Of a stretch of 64,000 bases of DNA, positions 9,902-19,687 are shown one piece after another (position 1 is the stretch's first letter; every line of letters starts with the position of its first letter). The DNA lies in contig JAIORP010000178.1 of assembly GCA_021108075.1 (NCBI GenBank), positions 31,811 to 95,810 on the forward strand. Reading direction: 5' to 3'. The stretch comes from Candidatus Omnitrophota bacterium (lineage in GTDB: Bacteria > Omnitrophota > Gorgyraeia > Zapsychrales > Zapsychraceae). Made by a program: the position numbers and the translations under genes. The notes beneath the pieces were generated by a model. That model was given only the letters and a program-made list of their open reading frames with translations, did no database searches and was not told the origin of the DNA.

Positions 9902-10896
9902 ATGACCATGTCTACATTATCGCGGAAGCCGGGGTAAACCATAATGGGGATATGACGCTCGCTAAAGAAATGATTGATGTTGCTTCAGATTGTGGTGTTG
10001 ACGCGGTGAAATTTCAATCCTTTAATGCGGATTGTTTGGTCACACCACAAGCGCCAAAAGCGGAATATCAACAAGCGGACGTGAACAGTACCCAATACGA
10101 AATGTTAAAGAAATTGGAGTTGTCTGAAGATCAGACGGGTCTGTTAGCCGATCATTGTCAGACCAAACAGATCGATTTCATTTCGAGTCCGTTTGATATG
10201 GAAAGTTTGCGGATGCTTAGCTCAATGCCCTTGCGTATTTTGAAGATACCGTCGGGAGAAATAACAAATTTGCCGTATTTGCGGTTGGCCGGAAGATCGC
10301 GTAAAAGAATCATATTATCAACGGGGATGTCCACCCTCGATGAGGTTCAAACCGCTTGTGATATTTTGTTTCAAGCGGGTACAGCCAAAAAGGATATTAT
10401 TGTCTTGCAGTGTAATAGCGCGTACCCTTCGCCGGATCATGATGTGAATTTACGCGCCATGCTTTCGATGAAAGAATGTCTGGACCTGGAGGTTGGCCTT
10501 TCCGACCATACCCCTGGCATTGACATTGCTTTGGCAGCCGCGGGCATGGGCGCAAAAGTGATTGAGAAGCATTTCACGCTTGATCGAAATTTTAGCGGAC
10601 CGGACCATAAAGCCTCAATCGAACCGGATGAGTTAAAATTTTTAGTTCAGGGGATACGCCGGGTGGAAAAGGCCTTGGGCTCCTCTCAAAAGGCCCCGTC
10701 ACCATCGGAGAAAAAGAATATCAGCATTGTCCGCAAAAGCATTGTTGCCCTTCGAGACATCAAAAAGGGTGAAACGTATTCGGATCAGAATTTAACCACC
10801 AAAAGGCCGGCCTTTGGGCTGTCTCCGATGCGGTGGGATGATGTTGTCGGGGCAGTCGCTAATCGGGATTATAAAAAGGATGAGTTTATCGAATGA
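9898..10896 (+). CDS. neuB: nonulosonic acid synthase (NeuB/LegI) with C-terminal SAF domain
   Basis: IIAEAGVNHNG, KFQ, KIPSGE, SDHT, IEKHFTLD, GPDHKAS. Confidence 0.92.
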   Translation: MNDHVYIIAEAGVNHNGDMTLAKEMIDVASDCGVDAVKFQSFNADCLVTPQAPKAEYQQADVNSTQYEMLKKLELSEDQTGLLADHCQTKQIDFISSPFDMESLRMLSSMPLRILKIPSGEITNLPYLRLAGRSRKRIILSTGMSTLDEVQTACDILFQAGTAKKDIIVLQCNSAYPSPDHDVNLRAMLSMKECLDLEVGLSDHTPGIDIALAAAGMGAKVIEKHFTLDRNFSGPDHKASIEPDELKFLVQGIRRVEKALGSSQKAPSPSEKKNISIVRKSIVALRDIKKGETYSDQNLTTKRPAFGLSPMRWDDVVGAVANRDYKKDEFIE

Positions 10897-12077
10897 TGAA
10901 AAGGATTTGTTTCATCACAGGATCCAGGGCTGAATATGGGTTGCTCCACGCGTTGATGAAGAACGTTGAGGCGGAGCCGGATTTCGAGTTGCAGATTATA
11001 GCGACAGGCGCGCATTTCTCGCCCGGTCTCGGTCGTACCTATTTAGAAATTGAAGCGGATGGCTTTGCTATCGATGAAAAAGTGGATATTCCATTGCCAA
11101 AGACGTCAGCGGCCATGTTAACCTATGTCGCTAACGCTGTTGATCAGACAGGTCATGCGCTTCAGCGCCTGCAACCGGATTTGGTTATTGTTTTGGGTGA
11201 CCGTTATGAAATATTTGCGGCTGCCTCGGCGGCGTGTTTACTGAAAATTCCTCTCGCGCATATACATGGCGGCGAGCTGACAGAGGGCGCCATCGATGAT
11301 GTGTTCCGGCATTGTGTGACCAAGATGAGTCATTTGCATTTTGTGTCAGCGGATGAATACCGGCGAAGAGTCATTCAGCTTGGCGAGAACCCTGATAGCG
11401 TTTATAATGTCGGAGCGCTTGCGATTGACAATATCAAAAACATGCCGTTATTAGCCAAACAAGATTTGGAAAATGATCTGAATCTCGCTTTTGACAGGCA
11501 GGTTTTACTTGTAACGTTTCACCCGGAGACATTATCGGATATATCGGTGTCTGAACAATGTCAAATTATGTTAGACGCCCTGGATACGTTTAAGGACGTG
11601 ATAATGATTTTTACAAAAGCCAATGCTGATCAGGGGGGAGATGTTGTCAATCACATGCTTGAGACATATGCCGCAAAGCGTCCGGCGGATAGAAAAGTAT
11701 TCGCTTCATTGGGTTGCCTGCGCTATCTGTCTTTTTTACAGTATGTTGATGGTGTTGTCGGTAATTCGTCAAGCGGGATCATTGAGGTCCCGTCATTTCA
11801 CATCGGAACAGTCAATGTCGGGGATCGGCAAAAAGGCCGGATAAGGGCGGACAGCGTTGTTGATTGTCCGTTTGATAAGGACAGGATCTGCCAGAGCATA
11901 CAAAAGATATTAAGTCCCGCGTTTAAAGACGGGATCAAGACAATGGCCAATCCGTATGGAGACGGATCGACCGGTGGTCGTATACTGGATGTTCTTAAGA
12001 CGTCTCATTTTAAAAATTTAACATTAAAGTCTTTTTTTGATTGTAAATTCGATAATAAGGAAGAGGTCTGGAAATGA
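10893..12077 (+). CDS. neuC: hydrolysing NDP-N-acetylhexosamine 2-epimerase (NeuC/LegG)
   Basis: TGSRAEYG, LGDRYE, HIHGGE, GNSSSGIIE, GDRQKGR. Confidence 0.92.
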   Translation: MMKRICFITGSRAEYGLLHALMKNVEAEPDFELQIIATGAHFSPGLGRTYLEIEADGFAIDEKVDIPLPKTSAAMLTYVANAVDQTGHALQRLQPDLVIVLGDRYEIFAAASAACLLKIPLAHIHGGELTEGAIDDVFRHCVTKMSHLHFVSADEYRRRVIQLGENPDSVYNVGALAIDNIKNMPLLAKQDLENDLNLAFDRQVLLVTFHPETLSDISVSEQCQIMLDALDTFKDVIMIFTKANADQGGDVVNHMLETYAAKRPADRKVFASLGCLRYLSFLQYVDGVVGNSSSGIIEVPSFHIGTVNVGDRQKGRIRADSVVDCPFDKDRICQSIQKILSPAFKDGIKTMANPYGDGSTGGRILDVLKTSHFKNLTLKSFFDCKFDNKEEVWK

Positions 12078-13462
12078 AGGTTTTATTAGTCGTCTATGAT
12101 AACGATTCCTATGTTTGTTGGTTTCCTCAAGGCTTAGGGTACATCGCGTCTATCTTATTAAAAGAAGGTTATGAGGTCGAAGTGTATAATCAGGACATCC
12201 ACCATTATCCGGATGAACATTTAACGGATTTTTTAAACAAGAATCATTTTGATGTCATTGCCGTGAGTGTTATCGCGGGATATTACCAATACCGGAAACT
12301 TTTATCCTTATCAAAAGCCATCAATACCGCGCGAGACCGTCCTTTTTATATGATCGGTGGCCACGGCCCGGCTCCTGATCCGGCGCATTTTTTTAAGAAG
12401 ACCGGAGCGGATGTGATCGTGATCGGTGAAGGGGAAGATACAATAAAAGAATTATTCGCATGTTTGGGATCGGGTCAAAGCTTGAAAGATGTTAAGGGTT
12501 TGGCCTATCAGAGTGATGGACAGATGGTTATGAATGAACGCCGCGATCTCATCAAGGACGTCGATAGCATTCCCTGGCCGGCCTATGATTTGTTTCCCAT
12601 CGACCATTACAAATTATTAAGGATGCCGAATTGCTCTAGCCGTGATTTTGTCATGCCTGTTTTATCCGGACGGGGCTGTACGTTTAAATGCAACTTTTGT
12701 TACCGTATGGATAAGGGTTTTCGGCCGCGGAGCAATGAAAGCATTATTGACGAGATCAAATATCTTAAAAAAGAATTCGGTATTACGTATATCGCTTTCT
12801 CTGATGAATTATTAATGTCATCGGTCAGTCGGACCGTATCCCTTTGCGAAGCATTTTTAAAAGCGGACTTAAATGTGAAATGGGATTGCAATGGGCGTTT
12901 AAATTACGCGAGGCCGGACATGTTAAAAGTGATGAAGCGGTCAGGATGTGTCTTTATAAACTATGGCATCGAAGCGGTCGACGACCAAGTTTTGAAGAAC
13001 ATGAATAAACATTTAACCGTTGAGATGATTATTAAAGGAATTGAAGCGACTTTAAAAGAAAGCATCAGTCCTGGTTTTAATGTTATCTGGGGCAACCTCG
13101 GTGATAATCTCGACACCTTAAATAAAGGCGTTGAATTTTTACTAAAATATGATGACAGCGTTCAATTGCGTAATATCCGCCCTGTGACGCCATATCCCGG
13201 TTGTGAGCTTTATGATATCGCCATTGAAAGAGGACTTGTCAAAGACATTGAAGATTTTTATGAAAACAAACATGTGAATTCTGATTTGCTGGCCGTTAAT
13301 TTCACCGATCTGAGTGACAAAGAATTTCATAAGGCTTTGTACGATGCGAATAAACGGTTATTAAATAATTATTTTGATAAGAAAAAAGCTTCCTATATCA
13401 AGCAATCTTATGATTTATATGTGGGCGGAAACACCAACTTTCGTGGTTTTCGTCACACTTAG
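12074..13462 (+). CDS. B12-binding domain radical SAM protein
   Basis: N-terminal cobalamin-binding-like domain (GGHGP, GEGE), SGRGCTFKCNFC CxxxCxxC, TPYPG. Confidence 0.88.
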   Translation: MKVLLVVYDNDSYVCWFPQGLGYIASILLKEGYEVEVYNQDIHHYPDEHLTDFLNKNHFDVIAVSVIAGYYQYRKLLSLSKAINTARDRPFYMIGGHGPAPDPAHFFKKTGADVIVIGEGEDTIKELFACLGSGQSLKDVKGLAYQSDGQMVMNERRDLIKDVDSIPWPAYDLFPIDHYKLLRMPNCSSRDFVMPVLSGRGCTFKCNFCYRMDKGFRPRSNESIIDEIKYLKKEFGITYIAFSDELLMSSVSRTVSLCEAFLKADLNVKWDCNGRLNYARPDMLKVMKRSGCVFINYGIEAVDDQVLKNMNKHLTVEMIIKGIEATLKESISPGFNVIWGNLGDNLDTLNKGVEFLLKYDDSVQLRNIRPVTPYPGCELYDIAIERGLVKDIEDFYENKHVNSDLLAVNFTDLSDKEFHKALYDANKRLLNNYFDKKKASYIKQSYDLYVGGNTNFRGFRHT

Positions 13463-13477
13463 AATGAATGGTCTCCA

Positions 13478-14329
13478 ATGAAAAATATCCGTGTTATTCC
13501 TAGAATTGATATTAAAGGACCCAATCTCGTCAAAGGGATTCACTTAGAAGGGTTGCGCGTTTTAGGCAAGCCCGAAGATTTTGCCCGCTATTATTATGAG
13601 CATGGCGCGGATGAGCTTATTTATATGGATATCGTCGCCAGCCTGTATGGCCGCAACAGTCTGCGTGATATTATCGAAAAAACCGCCCGGGAAATATTTA
13701 TTCCCTTTACCGTCGGTGGAGGGATTCGAACGCTTGAAGATATTCGTGCCATATTACGCGCGGGAGCGGACAAAGTGTCGGTCAACACAGCCGCTATTAA
13801 GGACGCCAACATGATCAGGGAGGCCGCGCGGAAATTTGGTTCGTCGACGATTGTCATTTCGATCGAAGCGATCAAAGAGCCTGACGGCCGGTATTTGGCA
13901 TATACTGATTGCGGACGGGAACATACAGGAATTGAAATTGTCGCGTGGGCAAAAAAAGTTGAAGACCTTGGCGCCGGAGAAATTTTTTTAACGTCGGTTG
14001 ATAAAGATGGCACAGGTGAGGGGTATGACATTGAACTTATACGCCGTGTTTCAGAAACGGTATCCATTCCTGTGATCGCTTACGGCGGGGCAGGTAATTG
14101 TGAAGATATTGTTAATGTGATTAAGGATGGAAAGGCGGACGCGGTCAGCATGTCATCTGTTCTTCATTACGGCGTGATTGGAAATAAGGCCCTGGATGAG
14201 AGCAGTTTCCAGAGTGAGGGTAATATCACTTATTTGAAAAGCGGCAAGGTGTTTTCAAAGATTGAACCGCATACCATTGAATCGATAAAGAATTCTTTAA
14301 AAGCAAGCGGTATTATGTGCCGGCATTGA
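13478..14329 (+). CDS. HisF-like cyclase, glycan-locus paralogue (WbuZ-like)
   Basis: RVIPRIDIK, VGGGIR, GADKVSVNT, DKDGTGEG; next to HisH-like and amidotransferase genes. Confidence 0.85.
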   Translation: MKNIRVIPRIDIKGPNLVKGIHLEGLRVLGKPEDFARYYYEHGADELIYMDIVASLYGRNSLRDIIEKTAREIFIPFTVGGGIRTLEDIRAILRAGADKVSVNTAAIKDANMIREAARKFGSSTIVISIEAIKEPDGRYLAYTDCGREHTGIEIVAWAKKVEDLGAGEIFLTSVDKDGTGEGYDIELIRRVSETVSIPVIAYGGAGNCEDIVNVIKDGKADAVSMSSVLHYGVIGNKALDESSFQSEGNITYLKSGKVFSKIEPHTIESIKNSLKASGIMCRH

Positions 14330-14344
14330 TCAAAGGAAGGGGAT

Positions 14345-14977
14345 ATGAAGGCCGTTGTTGTTGATTATCATATGGGAAATTTATTCAGTGTGAGACAGGC
14401 CTGTGAGCAAGTCGGTTTTGAGAGTGTGATTTCATCGAAGAAAGAAGATGTTGATCACGCGGATGCCATTATCCTGCCCGGCGTCGGGGCTTTCGGGGTT
14501 GCGATGGAACATTTGAAAAAGAATGATTTGGTCGATGTCTTAAAGAGAAATATTGAACAGAAAAAACCGTTCTTGGGTGTCTGCCTCGGATTTCAGCTTT
14601 TAATGGATAGAAGCACGGAATTTGGTGAATATGAAGGGTTAGGCGTTTTTCGCGGAAGTGTTAAAAAATTTCCCGCGCGGGTGAGAAAAATTCCGCATGT
14701 GGGTTGGAATACCCTGCGCGTTAATGAAGGAAACGCGTCATGCTCCCGGGTCTTTAAGGACATCGGTTATGACGAATATTATTATTTTGTGCATTCATAT
14801 TATGTCGACACGCGAGAAGATGTGCTGACGACGACCGATTATGAGGGGTTTTCTTTTTGTTCGGCTATTGCTAAAGATCATATTTGGGGACTGCAATTTC
14901 ATCCCGAGAAAAGCGCCCGGCAAGGATTAAAGCTTTACGAGAATTTTTTTCAATATGTGAAAGGTATAAATAGATGA
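14345..14977 (+). CDS. HisH-like glutamine amidotransferase subunit (WbuY-like)
   Basis: DYHMGN, LPGVG, GVCLG nucleophile elbow, FVHSY, QFHPEKS. Confidence 0.88.
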   Translation: MKAVVVDYHMGNLFSVRQACEQVGFESVISSKKEDVDHADAIILPGVGAFGVAMEHLKKNDLVDVLKRNIEQKKPFLGVCLGFQLLMDRSTEFGEYEGLGVFRGSVKKFPARVRKIPHVGWNTLRVNEGNASCSRVFKDIGYDEYYYFVHSYYVDTREDVLTTTDYEGFSFCSAIAKDHIWGLQFHPEKSARQGLKLYENFFQYVKGINR

Positions 14978-16185
14978 ATACTGAAGTGTTAGAAGTTAAA
15001 TACGGATTGCCGCGTGACGTGAAGTTTTGTGCGAAATGCGTGATATCCAATCAACGCCCGGCTTCAAGTGTGGAGTTTAAACACAGCAGATCCAAAAAAC
15101 ACCGGACGATGAATTTTGATGACCGGGGCGTTTGTGATGCTTGCCGTGTCGCTGAAACAAAAGAGAATATCGATTGGGCTGAACGTGAAGAAGAATTGCT
15201 ACGGTTGTTAGAACAGTACCGCAGCAAAGATGGTTCGTATGATTGTATCGTGCCCGGCAGCGGGGGCAAGGATAGTGTTTATGCCGCGCATGTTTTGAAG
15301 TATAAATACGGCATGCATCCTTTGACCGTCACGTGGGCCCCGATGATGTATACGGACTACGGTTACCAGAATTTTCGTAACTGGATCGAAATAGGCGGGT
15401 TTGATAACCTCAGCTTTAATCAAAACGGACGGGTCATGAAATTGTTGACCAGGCTGTCGATTGAAAATTTATTGCATCCGTTCCAAACATTTATTTTAGG
15501 CCAAAAGAATATCGCTCCCAAACTGGCGTTGAAATACGAAATTCCTTTAATCTTTTATGGTGAAAGTGAAGGTGAGTACGGCAACCCCATCGCCGAAACA
15601 CAAACAGCATTAAGGGACCGTTCGTATTACACGATGAACAATTTAGATGAGATATATTTAGGCGGGGTCTCGATCCCGGAGCTTTTAGAGAAGCATGATG
15701 TTGAGCTTGTGGATCTCATGGCCTTCTTGCCCCCCAATCATAAAGAAGTTGAAAGGAAGAAAATTGACGTGCATTATTTGGGGTATTATTTAAAATGGCT
15801 TCCGCAGGAAGTTTATTATTACTCCGTCGAGCATGTTAATTTTAAAGCGCGTCCATTTCGCAGTCAGGGAACATACAGCAAATACAATAGCATTGATGAC
15901 AAAATTGATGATCTGCATTATTATACAACCTATATTAAATTCGGGATAGGCCGGGCGACTTATGATGCCTCACAAGAAATCAGGAACAAACATTTAACGC
16001 GTGAAGAAGGTGTCGCGCTCGTGCATAAATTCGATGGTGAGTTTCCTGACCGGTATTTTAAAGAAGTCATGGCGTATCTAGATATGAACCCGGAGCGGTT
16101 CTTAGAACTTTGTGATCAGGCCCGCTCGCCGCATTTATGGATGAAAGATGGAAGTGAATGGAAACTAAAATACAGGGTGTCTTAA
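14974..16185 (+). CDS. N-acetyl sugar amidotransferase (WbuX/PseA-like)
   Basis: N-terminal CxxC..CxxC, PP-loop SGGKDS, KFGIGRAT, REEG. Confidence 0.88.
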   Translation: MNTEVLEVKYGLPRDVKFCAKCVISNQRPASSVEFKHSRSKKHRTMNFDDRGVCDACRVAETKENIDWAEREEELLRLLEQYRSKDGSYDCIVPGSGGKDSVYAAHVLKYKYGMHPLTVTWAPMMYTDYGYQNFRNWIEIGGFDNLSFNQNGRVMKLLTRLSIENLLHPFQTFILGQKNIAPKLALKYEIPLIFYGESEGEYGNPIAETQTALRDRSYYTMNNLDEIYLGGVSIPELLEKHDVELVDLMAFLPPNHKEVERKKIDVHYLGYYLKWLPQEVYYYSVEHVNFKARPFRSQGTYSKYNSIDDKIDDLHYYTTYIKFGIGRATYDASQEIRNKHLTREEGVALVHKFDGEFPDRYFKEVMAYLDMNPERFLELCDQARSPHLWMKDGSEWKLKYRVS

Positions 16186-16189
16186 AATT

Positions 16190-17266
16190 ATGGATATAGA
16201 CAGCAATATAAAAAAATTATTTATCAATGGTACGATTTCTTTAAAAGAGGCCATGAAGAAAATCAGCAAAGAAGGACAGGGTGTTCTCATTGTGGTGGAC
16301 GGCCAATCAATGTTAATGGGAATGTTAACGGATGGAGACATTCGCCGGGCGATATTATCCGGTCATCCTTACAGCGACGCGATTGACGGTATTTATAATG
16401 ATCATCCGCACTTTGTATCAGAGCCTACTTCACATGAACAGATTCGAAACATTATGCTGCAGGACCGGATTGAGGCCGTTCCTGTCGTTGATGATAATAA
16501 GCGCATTATAGATGTTGTTTTCTGGGATGATATCATCAGTGAAACGGTTCAAAGGCCTAAACGGAAACTGAATGTTCCGGTCGTGATTATGGCTGGAGGG
16601 AAAGGGACCCGTCTGGACCCTTTCACGAGAATTTTGCCAAAATTGCTTATACCCATCGGAGAAAAAGCGATTATCGACATTATTATCGACAAATTTGCTT
16701 TTTATGGAATCACACAATTTTATATATCCATCAATAACAAAGCTAAAATTGTGAAAGCTTATTTTGAAGAGAGATATTCTGATTATCATTTGCATTATTT
16801 AGAAGAAACCAGGCCTTTAGGAACGGCCGGGAGTTTGAAGGCTTTACCACGGAAGTTCAAGGGTTCTTTTTTTGTGTCAAACTGTGACATTATTGTTGAT
16901 TGTGATTATTCGGATATTTACGGTTTTCATTGTGAGAAAAATAATGATATAACGATTGTCGGCTCTCACCGGCATTTTGTGATCCCCTACGGCGTCTGTG
17001 AGATCAAGAACGGTGGCACATTGAAATCTATCAATGAGAAGCCGGAATATGATTTTTTAGTGAATACAGGCATGGTTGTTCTTAAGCGGAGTGTTTTGAA
17101 ATATATCCCGAGAAATAAAGAATTTCATATGACTGATTTAATTTCCTCTGTGCAGCAAAAAGGCGGGAAGGTGGGCGTTTATCCGATTGATGAAAAATCC
17201 TGGATTGATGTCGGGCAGTGGGATGAATATAAGAAGGTCATGGAAAACTTCGAGAAAAAGTTATGA
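16190..17266 (+). CDS. CBS-domain nucleotidyltransferase (PtmE-like)
   Basis: TDGDIRR CBS pair, MAGGKGTRL, PLGTAGSL, WIDVG. Confidence 0.88.
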   Translation: MDIDSNIKKLFINGTISLKEAMKKISKEGQGVLIVVDGQSMLMGMLTDGDIRRAILSGHPYSDAIDGIYNDHPHFVSEPTSHEQIRNIMLQDRIEAVPVVDDNKRIIDVVFWDDIISETVQRPKRKLNVPVVIMAGGKGTRLDPFTRILPKLLIPIGEKAIIDIIIDKFAFYGITQFYISINNKAKIVKAYFEERYSDYHLHYLEETRPLGTAGSLKALPRKFKGSFFVSNCDIIVDCDYSDIYGFHCEKNNDITIVGSHRHFVIPYGVCEIKNGGTLKSINEKPEYDFLVNTGMVVLKRSVLKYIPRNKEFHMTDLISSVQQKGGKVGVYPIDEKSWIDVGQWDEYKKVMENFEKKL

Positions 17267-18204
17267 GAGTCTGTCTATTTGGGTTAGGGTCGATTGGTCG
17301 ACGGCATGCCAAGCTGTTATCCCAGTTTGATGCTATTGATCTGGTTGCTTTTCGTACAGGAAAAGGACAACAAAAAAATGGTTCAGGTGTGCCTGAAATT
17401 TTTTCATGGGATGAGGTGAAAGAGTTCCACCCGGATATCGCTGTCATATCTAATCCAACTTTTTTACATATTGACACAGCCTTGCTTTGTGCTGAGATGG
17501 GGATGCACTTGTTTATTGAGAAGCCTATTGACGTTTCGGTAAGACGTTTAAAAGAATTAACACGAATTGTTTCGGATAAGGATTTATTAACGTATGTCGC
17601 TTATGTCTTGAGGTTCCATCCTGCGATCAAGTATATAAAGGATCAACTGCAATCTCATCAAGTATTAAATGTTTCCGTGCGGTCTTCATCCTATTTGCCT
17701 GATTGGCGCCCGGGTTTTAATTATAAGGAGATGTTTTCTGTGAGAAAAGATCAGGGTGGCGGAGTTATCCTGGATTTGTCCCATGAATTTGATTATATTC
17801 AATATTTGTTTGGATCGATTGAAACAATGGAGGGGAAGTTCGGTCAGGCTTCCAATATAACCATCGACGCGGAAGATTATTGTGACGCCATTATTCGGAC
17901 GGAAAACTGTCCAAGCATCAATTTGCATCTTGATTATTTCAGCCGGTATGCCGAGCGGTATTTGAAAATAGATGTGGCCGGAGGGGCCTTTATGGTGGAC
18001 CTGATAAAAAGCACGGTTGAATGGCATCATGACGGGCGTGTTGACAGGAAGGATTTCCCGTTTGAACGTGATGACATATACAGGGAACAATTGGAACTTT
18101 TTATGGATCATGTTAAACAGGGTCGGCCGATGAGTAACAATCTTGAAGAAGCTTCCGTGTTGTTCGAAAAAATAATCGCATTCAAGGAAAGAGGGTCCCT
18201 GTGA
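17263..18204 (+). CDS. Gfo/Idh/MocA family oxidoreductase (PtmF-like)
   Basis: GLGSIGRRH, IEKP, GGGVILDLSHEFD. Confidence 0.88.
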   Translation: MRVCLFGLGSIGRRHAKLLSQFDAIDLVAFRTGKGQQKNGSGVPEIFSWDEVKEFHPDIAVISNPTFLHIDTALLCAEMGMHLFIEKPIDVSVRRLKELTRIVSDKDLLTYVAYVLRFHPAIKYIKDQLQSHQVLNVSVRSSSYLPDWRPGFNYKEMFSVRKDQGGGVILDLSHEFDYIQYLFGSIETMEGKFGQASNITIDAEDYCDAIIRTENCPSINLHLDYFSRYAERYLKIDVAGGAFMVDLIKSTVEWHHDGRVDRKDFPFERDDIYREQLELFMDHVKQGRPMSNNLEEASVLFEKIIAFKERGSL

Positions 18205-18917
18205 ACGTATTAGCCACCATAGCGGCGCGGGGCGGATCAAAAGGAGTTCCCGGTAAAAACATTAAGGAATTGCTGGGAAGACCGCTGATCGCCTATACCA
18301 TTGAACAGGCCGTAGCCTGTGATTTTATCGACAGGGTTGTCTGTTCCACGGATTCTGAGGAAATTTTAGACATCGCTAAACAATATGGCGCTGAAGGGCC
18401 GTTCATCAGGCCCCTTGAACTGGCACAAGATTCTTCCGCGAAATTGCCTGTTATTCAACACGCGGCGCGTTATTATATCGACCGTATGGGTTTTGTTCCT
18501 GATGTTATTATTGACCTGGACCCGACATCGCCTTTGCGTGCCATTGATGATATCAAGAAATGTTTTGATGTTTTGCTCTCAGACGAGGATTGTGACACGG
18601 TTATCACCGGATACCTCGCCCGCAAAAATCCATATTTTAACATGGTTGAAGACACCGGCGACGGATATGTTCAGGTGTGTAAAGGTGATGGTTTGGTTGT
18701 CTCCCGCCAGTCAGCACCGACGGTATATTCGATGAACGCCTCCATTTACGCCTGGCGGACAGAGGACCTGTTTAAACTGGATAATGTGCTGAGGGGCCGG
18801 ACGCGTATCGTTGAAATGCCCTATGAGTCGTCTGTTGATATTGACAGTTTATTTGATTTTAAGACAGTTGAATTTTTAATGAAAGAAAAGGGGAATCATG
18901 GGATTGGATCGTTTTAG
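18201..18917 (+). CDS. acylneuraminate cytidylyltransferase (PtmB/LegF-like)
   Basis: ARGGSKGVPGKN, DPTSPLR, NPYFNMVE, DID. Confidence 0.9.
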   Translation: MNVLATIAARGGSKGVPGKNIKELLGRPLIAYTIEQAVACDFIDRVVCSTDSEEILDIAKQYGAEGPFIRPLELAQDSSAKLPVIQHAARYYIDRMGFVPDVIIDLDPTSPLRAIDDIKKCFDVLLSDEDCDTVITGYLARKNPYFNMVEDTGDGYVQVCKGDGLVVSRQSAPTVYSMNASIYAWRTEDLFKLDNVLRGRTRIVEMPYESSVDIDSLFDFKTVEFLMKEKGNHGIGSF

Positions 18918-19683
18918 TTTAAAAGATAAAATTGCTGTCGTAACAGGCGGGGCAGGTTTACTTGGATCAGCCATGTGTCAGCTTTTTGCTGAAGCGGGCG
19001 CGAAAGTTTATATCGCGGAATTTGATCAGGATAAAGCGCGAATATTAAAAGAAGACATCCTTAAACAAGGCAACCAGGCAGAGTTTGTCTTTTTGGATAT
19101 CACGCAAGAGGAATCGGTTGAACAATGTATCAACAGCATTGCCTCGCAGGACGAGCGGATTGATATCTGGGTGAACAATGCTTATCCGCGGACGCCTGAT
19201 TGGGGTGATAAATTTGAAAATGTTAAGATCGATTCTATCCGGAAAAATGTTGACGCGCATATGAATGGTTATTTTATGTGTTGCCAGAAAGTATTGTTGC
19301 GGATGAAAACCGCCGGGGGAGGGACTGTCGTTAATATCGGTTCGCATTATGGCGTGCTGGGCCCGAATTTCAGTGTTTATGACGGCACTGAGATGACCAT
19401 GCCGGTGGCCTATTCAATGATAAAAGGCGGTATTGTTAATTTAACGCGCTATTTAGCCACATACTTTGCGAAAGATAATATTCGCGTTAATACCGTTTGT
19501 CCGGGTGGTGTTTTTGACTCTCAGCCTTCCGCTTTTGTCCAACGTTACAATGACAAGGTCCCTTTGGGCCGTATGGCAAATCCGGATGAGATTGCCAACA
19601 GCGTCTTGTTTCTAGTGTCAGACGCGGCCTCTTACATCACGGGGCAAACACTAATGGTTGATGGGGGCTTATCAATCTGGTAA
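18898..19683 (+). CDS. SDR family oxidoreductase (PtmA-like)
   Basis: TGGAGLLG, NNAYPR, YSMIK, VDGG. Confidence 0.88.
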   Translation: MGLDRFSLKDKIAVVTGGAGLLGSAMCQLFAEAGAKVYIAEFDQDKARILKEDILKQGNQAEFVFLDITQEESVEQCINSIASQDERIDIWVNNAYPRTPDWGDKFENVKIDSIRKNVDAHMNGYFMCCQKVLLRMKTAGGGTVVNIGSHYGVLGPNFSVYDGTEMTMPVAYSMIKGGIVNLTRYLATYFAKDNIRVNTVCPGGVFDSQPSAFVQRYNDKVPLGRMANPDEIANSVLFLVSDAASYITGQTLMVDGGLSIW

Positions 19684-19687
19684 TCCA

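Noticed and set aside
13478-14977. hisF/hisH as histidine biosynthesis genes
   Set aside because: No other his genes are nearby; adjacency to an N-acetyl sugar amidotransferase indicates glycan-locus paralogues.
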